Source: Octopus vulgaris
Lineage: Eukaryota
DNA length: 64,000 bases
NCBI GenBank assembly: GCA_951406725.2
Contig: OX597816.1
Coordinates: forward strand, 178,064,001 to 178,128,000
Reading direction: 5' to 3'
Shown: positions 1 to 13,612 of the stretch, one piece after another
Position numbering within the stretch: the stretch's first letter is position 1
Layout of the letters: each line of letters opens with the position of its first letter
Notes under the pieces: model-generated
Databases searched by the model: none
What the model saw: only the letters and a program-made list of their open reading frames with translations
Told to the model about the DNA's origin: nothing
Made by a program: the position numbers and the translations under genes

Positions 1-3000
1 TCCTGTCGTGAAGTTGGTTCATCTGGGACACCTGACAGGAAGAGATCCAGTTTTATTTTAAAAACATCTGCATCCACACAATGCAGGTCCCTCAGGTCCT
101 TCGGGAGGATATTGAAGAGCTGTGGGCCGCTAAAGCCCAGGCTATCACAGTATCTTGTCCTACATCTTGATGGCAAATTTGGAGTCCTTGGCACTATGCT
201 CTGGCACCTAGTTCTAGTATTTGTGTAACTCTCGATGCCAAAGTTTGGGACAAGTCCTTCCAGGATCTTCCAGATGTATATTATAGCATATCTTTCTCGC
301 CTACGCTCTAAGGAATTGAGTCTTTCCCAATAGCTTATATGCTGCACAGAGTCTATCTTCTTCGTGTAGTTTTGTTGGATCGCCTCAAGTTCTGTGATTA
401 ACTTGACACTGGATGGTGACCATAGCTGAGAGCAATAGTCAAAGTGTCCTCCAGAGGACCATCATGGTTCCCTGATCTCTTGTTCTAAAGGTTCTAAGAA
501 TCCATCCGGTCAGCCGCCTACATTTCATTGCCAATTTAGCAACATGCACCTGAAAGTTTGCATCATTACTCATGTAAATACCCAGGTCTCGCACTGATTG
601 TGCCTCTGGGATTGCAATCCCTCCAGGTCCAGTGTATTTATTGGATATTGCATTTAGTTTTGCATGCTGATAGCATAAAGTTTGAAACTTTTCAGCATTG
701 AACTGCATGCTATTCTTTTCAGCCCACTTGTATATTTTATCCAGCTCACATTGCAGGTGCATAGTGTCTTCAGGGTTCTGGATTGCCTGTGAAACTTTTG
801 TATCATCTGCATAACTTGTGATCGTGGCTCTCTGCGTGACTGGGGGCATGTCTGAGAGGGCCATTATGAACAGTAGTGGTCCCAAAACAGTGCCCTGCGG
901 AACACCGCTCACTATTTGCGTGTTAATGGAGGTGGCCCCATTAGCTACTACCACCTGACTTCTATCCTTCAGAAAGTCATGAAGTCATTCTCCCAATTTT
1001 CCAACTATGCCAAGATCACGCAGTTTCTGACATATCATTCCATGATCGACTTTACCAAAGGCCTTTGCAAAGTCGAGATATATCACTTCCACGTTTGAGT
1101 GGTTGAGCAGTTGTTTCAGCACCCAGTCATAGTGTTGTAGAAGCTGAGTTAGGCAGCTCCTTCCCGGTCGGAAACCATGTTGGGTGTCAGGCAGCAAGTT
1201 ATTTTCTTCAAGGATGGCGATTAGTTTCCTTCTGACTATTCGTTCCATGACCTTGCTGATGTGTGAGGTCAGAGAGATAGGCCTGTAGTTCTTGGCCTCC
1301 GCTCTGCTACCTACTTTATGAATAGGGCATATTCTACCTTCCTTCAGTTTTCTTGGAAGTTTGCCAGTTGCAAGGAAGCTCTGAAAGAGGAACTGCAGTG
1401 GTCTTGCTAGGACTCTCTTACATACTTTTAGAAGTATTGCTGGGAATCCATCGGGGCCAGTAGCTGAGTTTGTGTTCATTTCATCTATAGCCCAGGCTTC
1501 TTTGTCTGCTCTTTCTTTTTCATGGGAGAGGTGAAGACATTTTTCAATTTCCAACAGTTTTATTTTCAGGCGGGACTTTTCACTGCTTTCAATTTGTTTG
1601 TTTAGGCGATTTTAAACTTTTGTACGCCGTCTCATTAGAATTTTCCTCTCTCTGGGGATTTTGCTCTTGTGTACAGTGGCTTTCCTCTCTGGGACACATT
1701 TGTAGCATATGGCTTGCATTACGGACATGAATTGTTGAAGTTTCATGTCGATGTCTGGCGAGGAGAGACATTCATGCCAGTTTTGTTTGAGGATCTCTTT
1801 CTCAATTTGTTTCCAGTTTGCCTTATGGAAGTTCACGCTGGAAAGATTCTGAGAGGTTCTTGTAGACTGCATGTCCATGCTTCCCTTTGGCCCGTACATG
1901 GTCAGCTCTACCATGTTGTGATCCGAGAGTAGTGTCGGTGTCACTTTCACATTATGGATGAGATCCATGTTATTAGTGAAGCAGAGATCCAGTATGCTAC
2001 CTGCCCTGGTTGGAGTATTATTTGCTCCATGTACAGAGTGTTGATGAAGTTCAGGAGGGACCTCGCCTGTCCTCGTTCGCATCGTGTCATTCCTGGGAGA
2101 GAAAGGCCCTCGGGCCATCTGACATTGGGCAGATTGAAGTCTCCCATAAGAAGTACACTTATGTGTTGTTCTAATGTGACTAGAACTTCTATTTTTGTAA
2201 GGCAGTCTTCAAACTTGCCTACATGGCTTGGAGCATCTGGAGGGCGATATGTAGCACATATAACTACACCAAGTTGCCTTATATGTACAATTAGTGTGTC
2301 ACACACCGAATTTGAGTATGACAAAAGGACCTGGGGTGTGAGGTCCTCGCAGATGTACATAGCAACTCCACCATGACTCCTTTCTTTTCTGTCGGTCCGT
2401 AATACAACATACTGTGGTATGTGTATTTCCGCATCTGCTATATCCGGTTTCAGGTGTGTTTCCGTAAGTGCTATGCATAAGGCTTGATTTCATGCAACAA
2501 GGTCTCTCAAGAAAGGGATTTTTGTCCTGTTACTGAGTGCTAGCAGCCCTCTGATGTTCAGTAGGAGCATCGAGGTGGTGTGTGTGCTGTTGTCTTGGTG
2601 TCCACTTTGGGTCTATTTGCTGAGGCGGTCTTGTGTATTGGTGATAGTCCCATCTGCGAGTTTGAGTTTGATGGAGCCAGGTTAGCTGCTGTACAATCTT
2701 TTGTGCCATGCACAAAAAAGATTCTTGTTCAGCAGCTGCCCTTTCAATAACATGTTGATGGTTTGTAACACGTACTACATCTGCGTACCTCCATTTTGGG
2801 GCAGGTGGTGCGTAGTCCTTTCCTTTTCCTTTTGACAGTTAGTTTCTGCCCTGTTTCATGTTTATGTGGCAGGGTCTTTGGTGTGCAGAACGGCAGCCTG
2901 CACCTTCCTCTCCATGCAGCAGACACCTTTCAGGTAGAATTTACATATTCGTGTGTGCTGTCTCTTTCTATCCTTTTTGGTACATGGATAGTCAGGTTTG

Positions 3001-3650
3001 CTTCTATCCTTGGCTGTTTCATCTGGTTTTCTTTGAGTTTTAGTTTTTCCGTCTTTGGCTGTTTCGTCTTTTGTTTTTCTTTTAGTTTTTCCTCCTTTTA
3101 CTTCTTTTTTGGCTCTTTCATCTCCATGGTTTTGACTTTTGATGCTGGTAGGGGCACTTGCACTTGGGTTTACTTCCCGGGCAGGTTTCTCACTTGAATC
3201 TTCTTTGTTGTCCTGGGTGTCTACCAAGTGGGGGTGACATCTTTCATCAGCACCCGTGCCTCCATCCTTGCCATCTTTGCTTTGTTCGTTGTCAAAGATG
3301 GCATCAAGCGTGCTGATGTGGGATCTTATGAGTGCATAGGAGCGTATAAACTCCTGCTTCTTTCGCTCTATCTGTGCTAACGTCCTTGTGTAACCATTGC
3401 TCTTCAGCAATGTATACATATATACAAGCCTACATAAGTCGCTCCTCGTGTTTCCTGTCTCTTCAGAGGATAGGTATTGCGGTTCCTAAAATATTTTCCT
3501 TTATTCCCATTAATTTCATCTAATCATCTAATCAGTCGCAGACTCATGTAAATTCAGGTATGAGTACATAACGTTACTTCACTCTATTTAAACAGTATTG
3601 AGTACTTCATATCCACTTAATTGAGTTTCATACTAGTGTGAAACCCTCAC
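1..3650 (-). mobile_element. CR1-group non-LTR retrotransposon (ORF1 + APE endonuclease + RT), near full length, frameshifted; 3' end runs off the window
   Basis: Fragmented ORFs 3419..2862 (ORF1), 2360..1612 (APE motifs TYRPP, MGDFNLP, ILDLCFTN), 1554..985 (GPDG, NYRPISLTS, QHGFR, YLDFAKAF), 954..439 (SGVPQGTVLGP, YADD), then C-terminal LERRRERY. Confidence 0.93.
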
Positions 3651-3654
3651 CCAT

Positions 3655-3658
3655 TATA

Positions 3659-3715
<57 letters not shown>
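3655..3715. repeat. (TA)n microsatellite
   Basis: Direct inspection. Confidence 0.95.
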
Positions 3716-3719
<4 letters not shown>

Positions 3720-4293
3720 CTTGAGGTAGCAGTGCTCTTTTTTTTTGGTATTTCTAGTTTTATAGGTACAATTTTTTAAATTTCTATGCCTTGTTTAATA
3801 CTACTTTTTTTGTGTTCGATGTTTGTATTTTTAATAATATGCAGATGTAAATGTAATGGATATATTAGTTTCGCTCCTGCTGCTTGTCTATTAATTTCTA
3901 CGCAGAGTTTATGTTTTTAACGCTATTCACACTTCTGGAGTGAAGTATTACCCAGATGTCGAAACCATACTGTTATCCGCCAGGCAGCTGATGATGGGAA
4001 CATACATTTGATATGCTTGTTGACTGTGAATCTTTTACACCTTAGTATCCCATTATTCTGAGCTGTCCTCCATTCTCGTAAGGTTGAACTTGTTAAAGGC
4101 TGCATCGTTTATGGTTGTTCCATTTTTTGTATTATTACATATATTGATATTTCTTGATTGTCTTCATTGGTAGTGTAACTATTCAAGGATAATACTCAAA
4201 AGTTTCTAGTTTGAGAAAGTTCCGTAACATACACACGCTCGCATGCGCGCACACACACACGCATGCACGCACGGACATGCGCACACACACACA

Positions 4294-4294
4294 C

Positions 4295-4379
<85 letters not shown>

Positions 4380-7300
4380 ATCTTTACTTTTAATCTGCAT
4401 CTTTGTTACAATCACTTGCCGAAACACACCTAGCGTCCTGGGGGCGAGTGAAGGGTAAGGGATGTTACAATATGACTGAAAGCTTGGGGAGGGGAGGTAG
4501 TGCAATATCTTCATGTAATACAACACAGACATTTAAACTGATAGGGTTTTTCTAAGGATGTGGGCAGTACTTGTCAGCACAATCTTTTGGATTTCTCTGA
4601 GACACGGTTCTCCTAGGACCTTATTTCTGACATCCCCTTTATTTTATCATACCTAGGGCACATACAATAACAGGAACAGTTCTCGTTTTTAAGATGCCAC
4701 ATCTTTCGCATTTCAATTTCCAGGTCCTTATATTTACTTAATTCGTCAAATTCCTTGACAGATATATTTTTATCAGTGGAAGCACAAATCTATTAGTGTA
4801 CAAGTATTTTCTTACCTGTCTGTAATTATCATGTTTGTTTAATTAGCCTGGATCGTTCTGTCAGTGTTGACAGGAAAATCTCAAAGGATAATGATATTTT
4901 TACCCTCAATGACTGACTCAGGATGATGTTCGTACCAGTATGTAGGAGCGCTAATTTTGTAGTATTTACGTATTTTCCTTTGTAAATACTGTCCTACTCT
5001 ATCGTGGCAATTTTTATATTCGTTTGGTGTCAACACAGGACATCTCGAGATTGTTTCGCCAAATGAGTCGCAGAATCTGCATTTGGGGTAAGAACCGTTT
5101 TGAAGAACATTAGCCTTGTAGATTTTGTGAACAAGCTTTGGTCTAGTGCTGCCAATATGAAACATTCAATCTCTGCTTTCAGTCCCGAACTTCTCAGCTA
5201 CTGACGGTATTTGCTTGATCTACATCAGCATTTCGACTTCGAAGTATATACTGTCCATGCAGAGGCTCCTCAATTTGTTTCTGCTCGTTCTTTTTTGCAG
5301 TCTGCCCGATCCATTTTGTTTGTTTTATGGCAGTGGTTTCCGGTTCTTCAACTATTTTAGGGTTAATGCCAGGTTCCCTTGTGAATTTGCAAGCTTGTTT
5401 GACAATTGAATGTGACTTTTTGCTGCTTTTGTGGTGGAGGTTTTATAGCACAGTTCTACCTGCTTCATTCCTCCCCCCCCCCCCCCATTACTTCTAGGTA
5501 GGTACAGACGATCAACATCTGCTTTTGGGTGGTGCATGTTCTTAGAAGTTAGTATTTTTCTTGTCTTCCTGTCCAGGCGTTGGAGCTCTGTAAGATTCCA
5601 GTTAATGGTGTTAAAACTATATTAGACTACTGGAAGTGCCAGTGTTAATGGCTTCGATGCGATTTTTAGAGATGACTTCAGTTTTTAGTATGAGTCTTAT
5701 TCTCCTGTAATATTCTTTTCTTATTCTTTCTTTCATAGTACCATGTTATATACCATCTCCGTTTATCCCCAGGTATTTGTAATTTTCCTGTGGGTCAAGC
5801 TCCTTGATAGTAGTGTTGGCATCTAATTTAATGGAAGCTGTTTGCCTGAGCTTGCCTCTAACAAAAGTTGATTTAGCACACTTATCAAGGCCAAAGTCCA
5901 TCCAAATGTCATTGCTGAATTCTTTAACAGTTGTTAGCAGTCCTACTAGTTCTTCGTCATTTCTAGCAAACAGCTTCAGATCGTCCATATAAAACAGATG
6001 GTTTATTGTCGTATTGTAAACTTTGAACCTATACTTGGTGTTACTTAGTTCGTTTAAGAGTGGGATGAGTGTCATGCAAAAGAGTAATAGAAATAGGGAG
6101 TCACCTTGAAAAGTGCCTTGTTTGATGTTAGTTTGACTCATCCCATTACTATGATTTAGAAGGAGCGTGTGTTCCACTTGGCCAGGCTACTTCGTAAGAT
6201 TTTGGAGTTGACAAGTGAGATCTTGTATATTTCAAGGGCCTTAAGTATCCAATTATGTGGGACACTATCAAACGCTTTCCTGTAGTCTATCCATGCCATA
6301 CTCAGGTTCCTTTTTCTCCGGCAATTCTCTACAATCATTTTATTTACAAGTAATTGATCATTGCACCCATAAGAATTCTTTTTATAACCTTTTTGAGCTT
6401 GTGGAAGGATAGGTCTCTGTTCAAGGAAAGCGTATATTCTGTCAGTTAATATGGATGTGAGGATATTGTAGGTGATGTTGGGACATGTTATTGGACGGTA
6501 GTTCTTTGGATTTTTTGTGTCTTCAGTTTTTGATAGATGGTATGCTGTTCCTTCGGTCAGTCAGGCAGGTATTTGCTCTGGATTCTGGATGACCTCAGTC
6601 AGAGATGCAAGTATATTTTGGTGTACTTCTGTCAGACAATTTAGCCAGAAGTTAGGAATTCGGTCCCGTCCTGGAGTTTTCCATTTCTGAGACTTCCTAA
6701 GAACACATCTTAGCTCTTTTATTTCTATTGTCTTCCATTTCTGCTCTTCAGTTTCATCCAGTCTCACTTTCTCACGCTCTATCCAATCAGCTTTAGCATT
6801 AGATTCCTTTTTTGTTGCTCCATATCTTCTTCCAGAACTCATCCATTTCCTCAGTCTTGGGTGTCTCCTTTACTTATATCCTACTTTTGCTAATTTCCCT
6901 ATAAAATTTTTTTGCATTCATCTTGAATACCTTGTTTTGTCGATAAAATTTGATTCTTTCATCGTACCTTCTAAGCCGTTGGGCGTTCAGTTGTATTCGT
7001 TGTTTCAATTGTTCCTTGGTTGCAGAGAGGTTTATAAAATCTTTGATTTTATACTTTATATTTGATTTTATATTTTTGCTTGATTTTTCTAGCTCGTTTA
7101 TTCCCCTAGCAAGTTAATCGAAAACTGATACATCCGCCCGCTGAGATTCAAAAACTTTTTGTATTGCTACTTTCCACTTGGGCGGTCTATTTACATGGTT
7201 GGTCCTTTTTCTGTGTCGTCCTGATACCTAGTTGAGCAGTTACAACTTTAGCAATGGAAGCTATTTAAGGTTGTTAGGTAATTTCCCTTATTACTTAAGG

Positions 7301-8760
7301 TCTGTTTAAAAGCAACATTATATATAATGATTATGTTGGTTTTTATGCTGTTTGAGAACTTTCCCAGTGGTTCTCTATTGATGATGTCAGTAGATTCAGT
7401 CTTGCTGAGTTCTCTGATAATATCTTCTTTTGCTTCTGTGATCTTCTCTTTATTATTCACCTCAAATTCTGGTGTTCTTGAAGTAGGTCTATTTCCTCCT
7501 CTTTTTCTGCATATCTGTTCTTCGTTATTCTTTCTTCAGCTTCTTCGTTGTGATGTACTGCTCGTACACCGGGTTTTGTGCATCTGTTACCTAATTTATC
7601 AACATTGTTGCTGCTTTCATTTGGTCTACCATGAGAAACTTGCGTCCTAATTTCGCTAATTTCAGCATCAGTTAACCTTATGTTTTTAATGATGTGTCTA
7701 CGTACATTACTTACTGCATTTGCATCTATATATCTGCGTACCTCATTGCCTACTAAGTTTCTCCATGAAATGTCAGTTTGTACTATGAGGTTATTGTTTG
7801 GGTTTAGCTTTAGGTGATGATTTTGGTGGTTTCACTTCAGGCCTGAGGTTACGGTTAAGGATCAGGTTGCCGAGTAGATCGTTTTTCAAAGGGTTTGCTA
7901 CAGCAGCATACTTTTCGACCCAGTCTGGTTCCCTACTGAGTAACGCGGCCCATGTTGTCACGGGTGATGACCGATTCGGCGTGAGTTTTGGCTTAAGGAA
8001 TTGACAATAGAAGATGGGTCTGTTTGTTCAAAGTTGACTTGACACCGCTTCCTTGTTCTTCGAATGGATATATTTATCATATCGTAGGCTGAAATTGCCT
8101 CTATTTTTGAAACTTTTTTTTATAGCTATTTTTCTTGGCATGACTATTTCGTTATGCTTTAAGCTGAGTGACTAAATTGCTCCTTTTTTTTTATTGGTTT
8201 GTGAGAAGTCGCTTTGTTTTTGTTTGTGCTCGGTACAGCATCGCTCGTGACACGTGTTTTTTTATTTTTTTTCCATGTGTGTACGTGTGTGTCGTCTAAG
8301 CATTATTTCTGTTGCTTATAAATATTAATATGTGTGCATGGACGCGTGGACAGTTGCATGTATAGGTAGCTATTCAATTACGTACTTACTGTTTAAGTGC
8401 TGTTTTCCCAGGTTTTCTGGTGCTACATTCGACTTCTCGTGTATGTTGTATTAAGATATCGTACACTTAAGAAAGAAGCTGCCCTTTATATCACAAAACC
8501 TTTCCGGTTTTTAGTTCCTTTCCTTTAACATAATTGTATTGTGAAGTTTTCCTTCCATCGCACCGATGTTATTGGATTAAGATTGTTTTGTGGAGAGAGC
8601 TTCTTAGTGTACGTCCATGTTGTTATTTAGCCCGGAGCTATCTGTTATTTAGCCCGGAGCTATCTGTTATTTGGTCCGGAGCTGTCGATGAGAATTCTCA
8701 ATTATTTTGCTGGGTATGATGGAAAGCGTCAGATGCCCATAGCCAGCAGACTAAGGTGAC
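4294..8760 (-). mobile_element. R4/Dong-type non-LTR retrotransposon (RT + CCHC + restriction-like endonuclease), near full length, decayed, with (CAA)/(TAA)n at its 3' end
   Basis: Motifs AWIDYRKAFDSVPH, FQGDSL, FYMDDLKL, HHPKADVDRLYLPR, CRFC..ET..C..EY..HD; 3' end abuts the (TAA)n tract at 4294-4380. The 5' boundary is approximate. Confidence 0.88.
8621..8686. repeat. 22-bp tandem repeat, about 3 copies (tgttatttagcccggagctatc), in the putative 5' UTR of the R4/Dong element
   Basis: Direct inspection; third copy is degenerate. Confidence 0.8.
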
Positions 8761-8764
8761 ACTT

Positions 8765-9788
8765 GTTTAATGATCATGCGTCAAAAACCCTGCGACGAAC
8801 TCTCAGTTCCAAGCAATACTGGTATCCACAAATTTCAGTACTTAGAACCCTCCTGATAATCCTTGCTGTCCCTAAGAGACAAATTTTCTGCAGGAACTCT
8901 ACCTGGCATTCTATTCCAATCTCTTTCAACCATTTGTCTATATCTTTGTTTACTGTTCCCAACGCACCAATTATTATAGGCAATTATAATTAGGAACATG
9001 AATATAGTAATCTATCTTCATGTTCCTAATTCTACCTGTTTCAAATTTTAAGGGATTGTATTTTTTCATCCTCTTTCTTTATGATCCTGGAGTCAAACGA
9101 CATGGTGATTAGTAAGTAACTTCGCTTTTCCTTATATAATTGTTATGTCCAGTTTTCTATTTTCTAACTTCTTGTCCGTTTGAATAGGAAAGTCCCACAA
9201 AATCTTACATTTCTCCGACTCCAGTACTCTTTCGACTCGGTGATTGTACCATGTGTTTCCAGTTTCAAATCCCCATTTCTGGCATAGTTTCAAATGTAAA
9301 ACTTTTACAACCTGGTCGTGCTTCCATTTCTTATACTCTTCCTGTGCCAACTTGGAGCATTCTTCCGCAATGTGTGCCACTGTCTCGTTCCAAGTTTCAC
9401 AGGTTCTACATTTTTCAGACACATTCTCTCCATATATATTTTTTCTCAAGTTGTTTGTTTTTATTGCTTGATCTTGGGCTGCTACAATGAGGCTCTCTGT
9501 TTCTTTTTTTCTTTAATTGCCCCTTTTTTAACCAAGCACAGGATTTTGTTCCACATACGTTTTCAGTGGCTCTCCAAAATTGGCCATGCAGAGGTTTCTC
9601 TTGAATCTGTCTGACGTGCTCTCTTTGTATTTCATTCTTGTTCTTTTCTCCTGTTACGCGCCTGACCACCTGTTCTTTACTAACTGTCTTTAGTAGTTTT
9701 TCTGTGCTGCTCTGTAAATAATGTACAAGGTTCTTTCTTTCGATCTATACACATTCTTCTCACTGCTATTAAGCCTCTTCCACCCTTT
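8765..9788 (-). mobile_element. 5'-truncated R4/Dong-type element (zinc knuckle + RLE domain)
   Basis: KPLHGQF, CRTC..ETVAHI..EC..LAQ.EYK, KILWDFPIQTD, PIIIGALG, LQKICLLGTARIIRRVL; bordered by (TTA)n at 9789-9851. Confidence 0.88.
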
Positions 9789-9797
9789 ATTATTATA

Positions 9798-9851
<54 letters not shown>

Positions 9852-9853
<2 letters not shown>

Positions 9854-10071
9854 GTGATAGAGTAGAGCATGCCATCAAAGTGACACTGAGGCAAGACATA
9901 CGAAGCCCAGTATACCCATCATGATAACCCGTCTGATAAGGGTATACCAGGCACATGCGTTACAACCATATGTGCGCAACATAGTGATCTCATATCAAGA
10001 TAAACAGCGCATGTTCTTCCAGGTGGGGCCCAGTTAGAATTTTGTTCAGGTCGAGTAGCCCATCCCGCTCA
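9852..10071 (-). mobile_element. Non-coding (TAA)n-tailed retro-element, 5'-truncated copy 1
   Basis: Matches the first ~220 bp (plus-strand) of the copies at 10444 and 11026; flanked by (TTA)n. Confidence 0.75.
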
Positions 10072-10129
<58 letters not shown>

Positions 10130-10130
10130 G

Positions 10131-10388
10131 CAGGTTCAAAATAAACTTGTCAATCTACTTCATTCTGGTAATATTTATAGGATTGAGGTTGCTCCTCCAG
10201 AAAGTAAAGAAGCAATAAAGAAAAGTGCGACTGTTATCAATCTTATAAATATTACCAAAATGAAGTAGATTGACAAGCTTATTTTTGAACCTGAGGAAGA
10301 CACACGACATGTCGAAATATCGTTCATTTTATAACAGTCGTACTCTTCTTTATTGCTTCCTTATTTTCTGGAGGAGTAACCTCAATCC

Positions 10389-10390
<2 letters not shown>
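10131..10390 (+). mobile_element. Hammerhead-containing mini-element (~145-nt monomer preceded by an inverted, permuted partial copy)
   Basis: 10131-10182 is the reverse complement of ~10241-10293; 10178-10237 is the reverse complement of 10331-10390; (TTA)n on both sides. Confidence 0.8.
10286..10326 (+). ncRNA. Minimal type I hammerhead ribozyme
   Basis: TGAAC-CTGAGGA-a-GACA cacgaca TGTC-GAAA-TAT-C-GTTCA: 5-bp stem I, intact core, 4-bp stem II, palindromic ATAT stem III, AUC site. Confidence 0.8.
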
Positions 10391-10443
<53 letters not shown>

Positions 10444-11000
10444 GAGTGAGAGAGCAGTGCACGCCATCAAAGTGTCACCGGGGTAAAATATACGAAGCCC
10501 AGTATACCCATCATGGCTACCCGTCTGATAAGGGTACACCAGGCACATGCTTCACAACCATATGTGTGCGACATGGTGATCTCATAACAAGATAAACAGC
10601 ACATGACCTTGCAGGTGGGGCCCAGTTAGAATTTTCTTCTGGTCAAGTAACCCATCCTGCTCAAAAGGTCCCTGAATAAGGGTTGTTTAAGGATGTTGAA
10701 CGAAACAACCGTGTTTCCAGAGGTGAATTATTCAAACCCCAAAGAATCCCTCTCAACACATGGCTATGATGCTCCCCCACTACTTCTGCTCGTGATCGGA
10801 GATGCACATATCGTCAGCCGCTAAGGGACATGCTCAACTAGTTAAGGTCAAACAACTGACAAGCAAATTTGTGGCATTGAGCAGAATATTTGCTGTAGCC
10901 CATCTTTTATACCAAGACAAAACAATGTACATGATAACACCTCCAATCAGTTAAGATCAGAAGCCAAGAGAGCCACCGCCTGGTACTGCATTAGGGCATT
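10444..11000 (-). mobile_element. Non-coding (TAA)n-tailed retro-element, copy 2 (~557 bp)
   Basis: Highly similar to 11026-11582; (TTA)n on both sides; no ORF. Confidence 0.8.
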
Positions 11001-11025
11001 TATTATTATTATTATTATTATTATT

Positions 11026-11580
11026 GAGTGAGAGAGCAGTTCATGCCATCAAAGTGACACTGGGGTAAAATATACGAAGCCCAATATACCCATCATGACT
11101 ACCCGTCTGATAAAGGTACACCAGGCACATGCATCACAACCATATGTGCGCGACATGGTGATCTCATATCAAGATAAACAGCACATGACCTTGCGGGTGG
11201 GGCCCAGTTAGAATTTTCTTCAGGTTGAGTAGCCCATCCCGCTCAAACGGTCCCTGAATAAGGGTTGTTTAAGGATGTTGAAAGAACCACCCATGTTTCC
11301 AAAGGTGAACTATTCAAACCCCAAAGAATCCCTCTCAACACATGGCTATGATGCTCCCCCACTACTTCTGCTCATGATCAGAGATGCACATATCGTCAGC
11401 CACTAAGGGACATGCTCAACTGGTTAAGGTCAAACAACTGACAAGCAAATCTGTGGTATTGAGCAGAATATTTGCTGTAGCCCATCTTTTATACCAAGAC
11501 AAAACAATGTACATGATAACACTTCCAATCAGTTAAGATCAGAAGCCATGAGAGCCACTGCCTGGTACTGCATCAGGGCA

Positions 11581-11582
<2 letters not shown>
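11026..11582 (-). mobile_element. Non-coding (TAA)n-tailed retro-element, copy 3 (~557 bp)
   Basis: Highly similar to 10444-11000; (TTA)n on both sides. Confidence 0.8.
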
Positions 11583-11611
<29 letters not shown>

Positions 11612-11669
11612 TAAAACAGTTTGATTCAATCCGATGCAACTTAAAGTCTCGTAGTCGGGCTGAGGTGGC

Positions 11670-11701
<32 letters not shown>

Positions 11702-12903
11702 CTACGAATTACGCAAATAAAAAATATATGGTTTATGAATATGTGTCTGATTGAATAGATACAAAAAGAGCAGAATGAAAGTGTTATAGAGAGAGGCTAT
11801 GTTTATTAGAGAATAAATGTGAGCAGCTTATGTTTACTAAAGCAACTGACTCAATTGAGACACTGAGAATGAGAGGAATATATTTTAGTGTACAGTGTGT
11901 TCGAGATTAGGTGAATTGAGAAAAAGAAGGTTACACTAATATAAAGGAAATGTGGAAGACAGAGGGGAAAAAAGAAAACGAGACGATGGAGTAAAGAGAC
12001 TTGTATTGACAATAAAAAAAAACCAGGCTGCAGGAAGTTAAAACAAAAATCAATAAGATAATAGCAAGTGAAATAATATATAATGAAGTGAAAGTGTGTA
12101 CAAAATTCTATAACCAAATTCGAGTTAGAAGAAAACAGGAGTAAGTTTATTAATAGACCATGAAATAATGTGAACTGACTTCCATTTTCGACTCTGGAAC
12201 TTGCACTAGAATTATATTTATCTACCCCAAAATGGTAAATGCCAGTGCAAGGACTTGAACTCAGCGCACAAGACATTTTTCCAAACTCTAACATTCCTAC
12301 CAACTCACTTCCTAAATCTATGCGTTCCCATTAGCTTTGACACTTCAATCTAATAGATAACCTCTTCTCCAAAATGTCTAATTCTTGCTTCTTTCTCACT
12401 CAGTTACTCATATAAGCATTCAGGACTCTTTTGCCTTTATTTTCGTTGACACTCTTCCCTTAAAGATACATTCTTTCTCCCTAAGACCGCCTCAACTTAT
12501 TGTGACAACAGTCATCATAGTTCATCGAATGATTTGCTTCTTCTTTCTTTCCTCTTTACCTTTTCTCTTTATATTTCTTTTATCTTCCATTTTTTCTTTT
12601 GTGTCTAACTTCATCTTTTACCCTGAATGCCCCATTGTCTTGTAACTTGCTTACATATCACATTTTTAGCCTTATAGCTAAAGAGGTTGTCAAAACTTAA
12701 AAACATCAAATGTTAAATCTTAAGTAAGTTTTGCAATCTTGGTTTTTAAAAATCATGTTTTGATGTAATATGTATACATCATTTATATAAGATTCTAATT
12801 TATAATAAAACCTTTACTCGTGTCAAGTGGAATTCCGTGTAGTGGGGGTAGTGTAAAATCTCAATCTTAATTACTGCTCTTATAACATGTGTGTGTATGT
12901 ATG

Positions 12904-12953
<50 letters not shown>

Positions 12954-12955
<2 letters not shown>

Positions 12956-13612
12956 AAATTTTAGAGGACTGACCACTAAAAGTGGACAGTCTATATACTA
13001 AACATAGACGACGTCATGTCGCCATTTATCACGAAGAATGTGTTCTCAAGAAAAATCTCAGCAAAAAACCAGAGTGTAAAAATAAGTAAGACACATGAAG
13101 ATATACGAAATAAAAACTGATTACCTATGTACCAATTGGTTTCACTTGTTAATATTTACGTATATGGACACATAAACATCTGCAAGATCATCAGCATAGT
13201 CTGTCGTTTACAAAACACAATTTCCAGAACTAGACACAGAACGCTCAACCGAAATCCAGTATGTATAAAGTTCTACATACTATTTTTAGCTGTATCTTTC
13301 AAATGCCTTTACTTTGGCGTGCTGAGATCGGCAACTACTCTGCAGTTAATAAACTACAGCAATCAATTTACCGCTTAGAGAGCATTTTTTTAATTTAAAA
13401 TTAAATAAGGGTAGAATTTGATATTAATGAATTAAAACCAGTGGCTTAGCATATTTAAATAAATCCGAAGGTTAAAAATTGTTTTACATACAAAATTTAG
13501 AGGACTGACCACTAAAAGAAGACAGCCTATATGCTAAACATAGACGTCAAATAGCCATTTACCACGAAGAATGTGTTCTCAAGAAAAATCTCAGCAAAAA
13601 GACAAAGTGTAA

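Noticed and set aside
3945-4010. GAAA…CTGATGA as a type II hammerhead
   Set aside because: Stem II strands do not abut the core and stem III does not form convincingly.
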